This document shows positions 58,013-64,000 of a stretch of DNA of 64,000 nt, piece after piece. A program made the translations under genes and the position numbers. This stretch comes from Syntrophobacterales bacterium (GTDB taxonomy: Bacteria > Desulfobacterota > Syntrophia > Syntrophales > UBA5619). The notes under the pieces are model-generated. The model had not been told where the DNA came from and made no database searches. It worked only from the letters and a program-made list of their open reading frames with translations. Position 1 is the stretch's first letter. The number at the start of each line of letters is the position of its first letter. The stretch is taken from NCBI GenBank assembly GCA_019429105.1, contig JAHYJE010000008.1:2931-66930 (forward strand), read 5' to 3'.

Positions 58013-58066
58013 TGTCCACAAAGCGAAGCTTAATGTTCATAAAGCGCAGCTTAATGTTCATAAAGC
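58000..58066 (+). repeat. three tandem 21-bp units of the MITE module, plus a partial fourth
   Basis: AAGCGAAGCTTAATGTCCACA / AAGCGAAGCTTAATGTTCATA / AAGCGCAGCTTAATGTTCATA / AAGCA.. The aat stop (58010-58012) is the TAA of unit 1. Confidence 0.85.
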
Positions 58067-58323
58067 ACGGCATCCTCTGCAGAAGAGGGCAACGTTGCGG
58101 GCGTTTTTTCCGGAACTTGACTTATTAATGTATATGGCGTAACTGCCTGAGTGAATAGGTTGCAGGTGTTCAGGGTTTAGGCGGGACATACAGTCTAAAC
58201 AAACTTAAAGTAGTTGCCATATTGGTTTTATATCGGCCACAGAACAACAAAGAAACACGTCAGCGTACCTGACGCGTAAGCGGCGTCCGGGGCTGTTGCA
58301 CTTCTTAGGCGGGGAGGGACTAA

Positions 58324-59265
58324 ATGGGCGAGGGAATATGCGATTACACCAGGTTTATTGTCGATTTGCGGCGTCACATGTGGCTGGAAGGAGTGGAAAC
58401 GGAACTGCGCCGGCTTATCTGGCAGATTGCCGTCACCGGAAAGTACATCTCCGCAAAAATCCATGAGTCCAACAGAAAACTGGCCGGATTCCAGAACCTC
58501 TATGGAGAGGAGCAGCTTTCGCTGGACCGGAGCGCGGATGAAATTCTCAAGACCCAGCTCCAGTACTCAGGCTTCGTCAGGGAGTACGCCTCCGAGGAAC
58601 AGGAACGCGTGATTGAAATCGGCGGCAAGGGAACAGAGCAGTATTTTGTTACGGCCGATCCGCTGGACGGTTCTTCCTTGGTCGATACCAACCTCGCGAT
58701 CGGCACCATTATCGGCATTCACAGGGAATCGATGTTCGCCTGCGGCAAGGATACGATGGTGGCGGCGCTGTACATAACCTACGGACCGCTGATTACGATG
58801 GTATATTCAGCCGGCATGGGAACCCACGAGTTTGTCCTCAACCGGGAAGGCGAGTACGTACTTTCCCAGGCAAACATCCGGATGAAGGAAAAGGGCTCCA
58901 TCTACAGCCCCGGCGGGATCAGGCGGGATTGTGAAGAGGGTCATCTCAAATATCTGGAATATCTGGAGGCCGAAGGGTACAAACTGCGCTACAGTGGTGG
59001 ATTTGTCCCTGACATCAATCAGATACTGATAAAAAAGGGAGGGGTGTTCACCTACCCGGCTCTGAAAAAAAGCCCCCGCGGCAAGCTGCGGATGCTCTTT
59101 GAACTCCAGCCGCTGGCCTTCATTGTTGAACAGGCCGGCGGAAGAGCCACCAATGGCCATGAGGATATCCTCTCTTTGAAGATCGATGACCTCGATCAGC
59201 GCTGCCCAGTTTACATCGGCAGCCGCTTTGAGGTTGCCAAGGCGAAGGAATTCCTGACTGCATAA
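58324..59265 (+). CDS. fbp: class 1 fructose-1,6-bisphosphatase
   Basis: VTADPLDGSSLVDTNLAIGTIIGI, YGPLITMVY, YSGGFVPDINQIL.KGG.F.YP, LRMLFELQPLAFIVEQAGG. Confidence 0.9.
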   Translation: MGEGICDYTRFIVDLRRHMWLEGVETELRRLIWQIAVTGKYISAKIHESNRKLAGFQNLYGEEQLSLDRSADEILKTQLQYSGFVREYASEEQERVIEIGGKGTEQYFVTADPLDGSSLVDTNLAIGTIIGIHRESMFACGKDTMVAALYITYGPLITMVYSAGMGTHEFVLNREGEYVLSQANIRMKEKGSIYSPGGIRRDCEEGHLKYLEYLEAEGYKLRYSGGFVPDINQILIKKGGVFTYPALKKSPRGKLRMLFELQPLAFIVEQAGGRATNGHEDILSLKIDDLDQRCPVYIGSRFEVAKAKEFLTA

Positions 59266-59287
59266 TTGAAGGGCGAGAAAACGTTTT

Positions 59288-61234
59288 TTAACGGATTCGG
59301 GCGCCGACTGCCGGATTTTTGTCGAAGCCCACCAGGGTGAGCCCGCCTGCCGCCGCGTCCGTTGCCAGAAGCATCCCGTGCGATTCCACCCCCATCAGTT
59401 TCGCCGGTTTCAGATTGGCGACGACGATGATGGTTTTGCCGACGAGTTCCTCCGGCTGATAATCCTTGCCCATGCCCGCGACGATCTGTCTCTCGCCGTC
59501 GATTTCCACAATCAGCCGTATGAGCTTGTTGGATTTCGGGACAGCCTCGGCCTTCAGCACCTTTGCCACCCGCAGATCGATCTTTTCGAACTCCTCATAG
59601 GTGATTTCCGGTTTGATGGCCGGCGGCGCGGCTTTGGTTTTGACGGGGGCGGCTTCCTGTTTTGCCGCTGTGGTCTTGATTTCCACCCGGGGAAAGAGGG
59701 CGCCTCCCGGTTTAAGCAGGTTGCCGACTTTAAGGCCGCCCCAGCTCCGGATTGTTGCAAAATCTTCGGCGGCAGGCTCGGCAATGCCAAGCTGTTCCAT
59801 GATCCGGATTGCCGAACCGGGCATGAACGGGGAAACAAGGACAGCGACTATTCTCAGCGATTCCAGCAGGTTGTAGATGATGGTCTCCAGCCGTTTTTGC
59901 AGCGCCGGCTCTTTGGCCATCACCCAGGGCTCCTGCTCGACGATGTATTTGTTGGCGACGCCGATGAATTCCCAGATGGCGATCAGCGCCTTGTGGAAGC
60001 CAAGTTCGGAGAAGCAGATATCGATATTTTCGATTGTGTGCCGGGCCGTTTCCCGCAAAAGAATGTCCTGGGGCGCTTCTTTTGTGGCAGGCGGGACTTC
60101 CCCCTTCGTGTATTTTACCGCCATCGTCAGCGTCCGGCTGACGAGGTTTCCCAGGTCGTTGGCCAGATCGGAGTTGATTCGTCCGACTAAGGCCTCTTCG
60201 CTAAAGCTGGAGTCCAACCCGAAGACCATGTCGCGCAGCAGAAAATAGCGGAATTGATCGAGGCCGTACTTGTCCTTCAAATCCAAGGGCTTGACGACGT
60301 TCCCCACGCTTTTGGACATCTTGCCGCTGTCCACGTTCCAGTAGCCGTGCACGTTCAGATGACTGTAAGGCTCGATTCCGGCGGCCTTCAGCATGGTCGG
60401 CCAGTAAATTCCGTGGGGCTTGAGAATGTCTTTCGCGATCAGATGTTCCGCCACCGGCCAGAATTCGCGGAACTTCTCGCCATCCGGGTAGCTAAGCGAC
60501 GTTACGTAGTTGATCAGCGCGTCGTACCAGACGTAGGTGACGTAGTTTTCATCAAAGGGGAGGGTGATCCCCCAGGTTAGGCGGCTTTTCGGTCGGGAGA
60601 TGCAAAGGTCCTCCAACGGGTCGCGCAGAAAGGCAAGGACTTCGTTCTTGTAGCGCTCCGGGCGGATAAAGTCGGGGTGCGTCTCGATGTGACGGATCAG
60701 CCACTCCTGATAATTGCCCATCCGGAAGAAATAGTTGCTTTCCTTGCGCACTTCGGGGGCTGTCTGGTGGTCCGGGCATTTTCCGTTCACCAGTTCCGTT
60801 TCCCGGTAGAAGCGCTCGCAGCCGACGCAGTACAGCCCCTCGTACTCGCCGAAATAGATGTCTCCCGCCGCATGCACCTTCTGCAGAATCTGCTGGACTG
60901 TCCGGATATGGCTGGGGTCGGTCGTTCTGATGAAATAGTCGTTTGTTATGTCCATAAGCGGCCAGAGGGAACTGAACTGGGCGCTGATCTTATCGGCGTA
61001 TTCCTTGGGGGTAATCCCCGCCTCTTTTGCCGCCTCGGCAATCTTGTCGCCATGTTCGTCGGTGCCGGTGGTAAAGAAGGTGCGATCGCCCCGGAGGCGG
61101 TGGTAGCGGGCCATGACATCGGCGACAACGGTGGTGTAGGCGTGCCCGATGTGGGGCGAGGCGTTTACATAGTAGATCGGAGTGGTTATGTAAAAGGCGC
61201 TTTTCATAAATTCCTTTCTGAATTCATCTTTCAT
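59288..61234 (-). CDS. metG: methionine--tRNA ligase (with C-terminal tRNA-binding domain)
   Basis: YITTPIYYVNASPHIGHAYT (HIGH), KMSKSVGN (KMSKS), C-terminal DLRVAKVLKAE...KLIRLIVEIDG. The ATG at 61232-61234 overlaps the upstream stop (ATGA). The ATG at 61207 is an alternative start. Confidence 0.93.
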   Translation of the reverse strand: MKDEFRKEFMKSAFYITTPIYYVNASPHIGHAYTTVVADVMARYHRLRGDRTFFTTGTDEHGDKIAEAAKEAGITPKEYADKISAQFSSLWPLMDITNDYFIRTTDPSHIRTVQQILQKVHAAGDIYFGEYEGLYCVGCERFYRETELVNGKCPDHQTAPEVRKESNYFFRMGNYQEWLIRHIETHPDFIRPERYKNEVLAFLRDPLEDLCISRPKSRLTWGITLPFDENYVTYVWYDALINYVTSLSYPDGEKFREFWPVAEHLIAKDILKPHGIYWPTMLKAAGIEPYSHLNVHGYWNVDSGKMSKSVGNVVKPLDLKDKYGLDQFRYFLLRDMVFGLDSSFSEEALVGRINSDLANDLGNLVSRTLTMAVKYTKGEVPPATKEAPQDILLRETARHTIENIDICFSELGFHKALIAIWEFIGVANKYIVEQEPWVMAKEPALQKRLETIIYNLLESLRIVAVLVSPFMPGSAIRIMEQLGIAEPAAEDFATIRSWGGLKVGNLLKPGGALFPRVEIKTTAAKQEAAPVKTKAAPPAIKPEITYEEFEKIDLRVAKVLKAEAVPKSNKLIRLIVEIDGERQIVAGMGKDYQPEELVGKTIIVVANLKPAKLMGVESHGMLLATDAAAGGLTLVGFDKNPAVGARIR

Positions 61235-62031
61235 GCAATAATCTTGACATCATGGGCCTTGTAAGTCATTTCTTTTCGGTCTTCCAGCATAACGACGACC
61301 TCCGACCGCAGGATATTCTGGCGGATTACCTTGCCCTGGCCATCGGCCGTCTGTACCATCTTTCCGGGTTTCGGCATCTCTTTTTTCAGACCGACGTAAG
61401 CGTCGTATTCGAATGCCAGGCAGCACATCAGCCGTCCGCAGAGGCCGGAGATTTTTTCGGGGTTGAGGGACATGTTCTGCTCTTTTGCCATCTTGACCGA
61501 AACACGGTCCATGTTGTGCAGGAAGCTCCCGCAACATACCTCCCGGCCGCAGATGCCCAGACCTTTTACGACCCTTGTCTCCTGCCTGGCCCCGATCTGT
61601 TTCAGCTCGATGCGGGTCCGGAATTTCTGCAGCAGATCCTTGACCAGATCCCGAAAATCGACCCGGCTTTCCGAGGCGAACGAGAAGACCATTTTGCTTT
61701 TGTCGAAGAGGCATTCCACCGCAACGAGCTTCATGGGGAGCCGCTTCTCGGAGATTCGGCCGGCGCAGTACCGGATGGCCTCTTTTTCCAACTTGCTGTT
61801 TTCCGCTCGTATTTGCAAATCCTCATCGGTTGCCGAACGCAGCACCTTTTTCAGATTATTCAAGCACCGGGAAGCGGAAAGGGTCTTCACGGCGTCAGCC
61901 ACCATGCCAATCGCCGGGCCGTTGTCCGTGTCAACCAGAACGAGGTCGTCCCGCTGCAACTGCAGTTCACCCGAATCGAAGCTGTATATCTTTCCCTCTT
62001 TTTTGAACTTTACGCCGATGATGGTTTTCAA
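61231..62031 (-). CDS. PSP1-domain protein (YaaT/RicT-like)
   Basis: 266 aa. ...GICGREVCCGSFL..., CGRLMCCLAFEY. Conserved position between holB and metG. Confidence 0.8.
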   Translation of the reverse strand: MKTIIGVKFKKEGKIYSFDSGELQLQRDDLVLVDTDNGPAIGMVADAVKTLSASRCLNNLKKVLRSATDEDLQIRAENSKLEKEAIRYCAGRISEKRLPMKLVAVECLFDKSKMVFSFASESRVDFRDLVKDLLQKFRTRIELKQIGARQETRVVKGLGICGREVCCGSFLHNMDRVSVKMAKEQNMSLNPEKISGLCGRLMCCLAFEYDAYVGLKKEMPKPGKMVQTADGQGKVIRQNILRSEVVVMLEDRKEMTYKAHDVKIIA

Positions 62032-62102
62032 TGAGATTCACCTGAGCTCTTAATCATTTTCATCCTTCTTTGGGACGGCAAGCCGCCCTGAGCGCTTAGC
62101 TG

Positions 62103-63068
62103 CTATGCAAGCCTAACCAGCATGGCCTCCAAAGTCAAGGTTTTGTTGGAATTTCTGGAGATGGCGTCCATGGCGCGACCCACAACCGCCATATTCTTGA
62201 GAATCTCCCGTCCCGACAGGCGAGCGGCCAGGGCTGAAATAGCCGCCTCCCAGTCCTTGAACAGGAGCATCTCGCTTTCGCCTGTTTCTTTCAGGATCAG
62301 CGAGTCCCGATAGGCGTTTTGCATTATCTGGAGCCGTTGGGTTATCTCTTCCCGCTCTGTTCCCAAACGGCGGGCGAAAGCGAGCCTTCTTATCAGGTCT
62401 GCCGGGTCATCCTCGGCCAGTCGCTTCAATATTCCGTTGCGGACGGTCATGTAATCTTCCTTCTTCATCTCGAGGGCGTCGCCGATGCTCCCGAGCGACG
62501 CCGCGGCAATTGCCTCCGCCTCGGCCTCGCCGAATCCCTGTTGTTCACGAAGGAAGCTGGCCACCTCTGTCTTCTGCAGCGGGGCAAAGCGCAGGGCTTG
62601 ACAGCGGGAGAGGATCGTCACCGGCAGGGCGTGCGGTCGGGCGGAAGTCAGGATCAGGACGTTATCCGCCGAAGGTTCTTCCAGTGTTTTGAGCAGGGCA
62701 TTTGCCGCCGGGGCGTTCATTTTATCGGCGTCCTGCAGGATGAAAACCCGTTTGCCATCCTCCGGACGAAAGGCCATCGTGGCCATTATTTCTCTTACAG
62801 CAGCAATTTTTATGAACTGGCCTTCAGCGACAATCTCAATAATGTTGGGATGATTTTTATGCTCGGCCTTCAGGCAGGAGGGACAGACGTCGCAGGGAGG
62901 AGCCGCGGCGGGGCAGTTGAGGGCCCGCGCGAACACTGAGGCAACCGTTTTCTTCCCGACCCCTTCTTTTCCGTAAAAAAGATAGGCGTGGGCAACCCTG
63001 TTTGCCGCCATGGCGCTCTTCAGGATTGCGAGCGGTTTTTTATGTCCGTATATCTGCTGGAATCTCAA
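62103..63068 (-). CDS. holB: DNA polymerase III subunit delta'
   Basis: RVAHAYLFYGKEGVGKKT.A..FARALNC, C..C.SC zinc module, FILQDADKMN..AANALLKTLEEP, SRCQ. Confidence 0.9.
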   Translation of the reverse strand: MRFQQIYGHKKPLAILKSAMAANRVAHAYLFYGKEGVGKKTVASVFARALNCPAAAPPCDVCPSCLKAEHKNHPNIIEIVAEGQFIKIAAVREIMATMAFRPEDGKRVFILQDADKMNAPAANALLKTLEEPSADNVLILTSARPHALPVTILSRCQALRFAPLQKTEVASFLREQQGFGEAEAEAIAAASLGSIGDALEMKKEDYMTVRNGILKRLAEDDPADLIRRLAFARRLGTEREEITQRLQIMQNAYRDSLILKETGESEMLLFKDWEAAISALAARLSGREILKNMAVVGRAMDAISRNSNKTLTLEAMLVRLA

Positions 63069-63114
63069 ATATCTTACCCTGTTGACAGATGGAGGGGCGC
63101 GGCATGCCTCGCCC

Positions 63115-63762
63115 CTATTGACTTGTGCCGAGCAGTGCCGTCAGCAGACGGCGAACCTCCCGCTGGATTTCCTCCGGAGTCCCGTACGCATTGACAAGCC
63201 GGAAGCGCTCCGGCGCCATTTCGGCAAGCTGCAGATAACCATCCCTTACCCGCTGGTGGAAGTTCGTTTCTTCCTGCTCGAAACGATCCTCCGCGCTGTC
63301 GGGGGCGCTCCCTGCCGCCCGCATCCGGGCCCGCCGCAGGCCGGCTTCGACCGGCAAATCGAACAGCAGGGTAAGCTCCGGCTCCAGACCGTGCGATGAA
63401 AACTCGTTTAACCACCGGATTAATTCGGCATTTATTCCCCGTCCGAATCCCTGATAGGCCACGGTGGCATCCGTATAGCGATCGCACAGAACCCATTTTC
63501 CGTCGTTCAACGCCGGAATAATCGTCTCTGCCACATGCTGGGCGCGGGCGGCCGCAAACAGCAGCAGTTCCGCCTCGGCGCCGATATTCCAGGAGCGGCG
63601 ATTCAAAAGCAGCTCGCGGATCTTCACACCAAGGGGCGTACCGCCCGGTTCGGCAGTGGCGAGGACGGGCAGGCCCCGAGCGCGCAGCCACGCCTCGGCG
63701 AGTCGCAACTGCGTGGTCTTGCCGCATCCCTCGATGCCGTCGAATGTAATAAATCTATGCAC
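63115..63762 (-). CDS. tmk: dTMP (thymidylate) kinase
   Basis: FITFDGIEGCGKTTQ, TAEPGGTPLG, VLCDRYTDATVAYQG. Confidence 0.92.
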   Translation of the reverse strand: MHRFITFDGIEGCGKTTQLRLAEAWLRARGLPVLATAEPGGTPLGVKIRELLLNRRSWNIGAEAELLLFAAARAQHVAETIIPALNDGKWVLCDRYTDATVAYQGFGRGINAELIRWLNEFSSHGLEPELTLLFDLPVEAGLRRARMRAAGSAPDSAEDRFEQEETNFHQRVRDGYLQLAEMAPERFRLVNAYGTPEEIQREVRRLLTALLGTSQ

Positions 63763-63904
63763 TCTTGCCGCCCGAAATCACGATGCTATTTATCCATGTC
63801 AATTATATGTTAAAAAAAGAGGCGGGGAAAGGCCGCGACAGGCATTGGCAGCGGCGCTTTCCCCTATTTTTTTGTTCAAACCCGTAAAAACTGACTTGCC
63901 GGAA

Positions 63905-64000
63905 CTACTCTGCCGGTTTGATCGCTTCCACAGGGCACTGTTCTGCGCATGTTCCACAGTCCGTGCAGAGCTTGGCGTCGATTACATAACTGTCGTCGCC
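63905..64000 (-). CDS. 4Fe-4S ferredoxin-type protein, C-terminal fragment (gene starts beyond the right edge)
   Basis: Own reverse translation: GDDSYVIDAKLCTDCGTCAEQCPVEAIKPAE*, which carries the CxxCxxCxxxCP cluster motif. Confidence 0.7.
   Translation of the reverse strand, partial: GDDSYVIDAKLCTDCGTCAEQCPVEAIKPAE

Noticed and set aside
58000-58066. Tandem 21-bp repeats considered as a CRISPR array
   Set aside because: The units are contiguous with no spacers, there are only three of them, no cas genes are present, and the unit is a sub-module of the MITE.

Overview
A 64-kb, gene-dense chromosomal segment from a GC-rich anaerobe. The gene content looks deltaproteobacterial/Desulfobacterota-like (Geobacter-type CX4CH cytochrome repeats, sigma-54 regulators, methylmalonyl-CoA genes), but that placement is inference only. 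I saw no rRNA, tRNA, CRISPR array, transposase or integrase.

Gene content, left to right:
- A histidine-utilisation operon (hutH, hutU, an ftcD-like gene, hutI). It is split by an AT-richer 3-kb insert that carries a secreted cysteine peptidase. Its hutH also lacks the MIO-forming segment through an in-frame deletion.
- Housekeeping genes: gap, prfC, pyrF, rfbA, rfbC, murI, aroQ.
- A histidine kinase with a periplasmic CXXCH motif, paired with an NtrC-type sigma-54 activator.
- A dicarboxylate locus: Cache-type kinase plus LuxR regulator, TRAP DctPQM, a MatB-like ligase, an acyl-CoA carboxyltransferase and methylmalonyl-CoA epimerase.
- Two hsp20 genes.
- A porin plus multihaem-cytochrome cluster. 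Its decahaem lipoprotein gene has a near-consensus sigma-54 promoter and a tandem upstream palindrome.
- A decayed toxin-antitoxin island: MazEF, a VapB / truncated VapC pair, YafQ-DinJ, a BrnA fragment and a DUF4143-type ATPase.
- clpS-clpA-aat, fbp, metG, a PSP1-domain gene, holB, tmk and a ferredoxin fragment.

Most notable non-coding signal: a 154-175 bp MITE-like element. It has 16-bp terminal inverted repeats and a 4-bp target-site duplication in all four full copies. It is built around a 21-bp module that also occurs alone and as a three-unit tandem array over the aat stop codon.

Caveats: all functional calls come from reading the translated ORFs by eye, with no database search. Several starts were moved inward from the longest ORF on the basis of RBS and N-terminal conservation.
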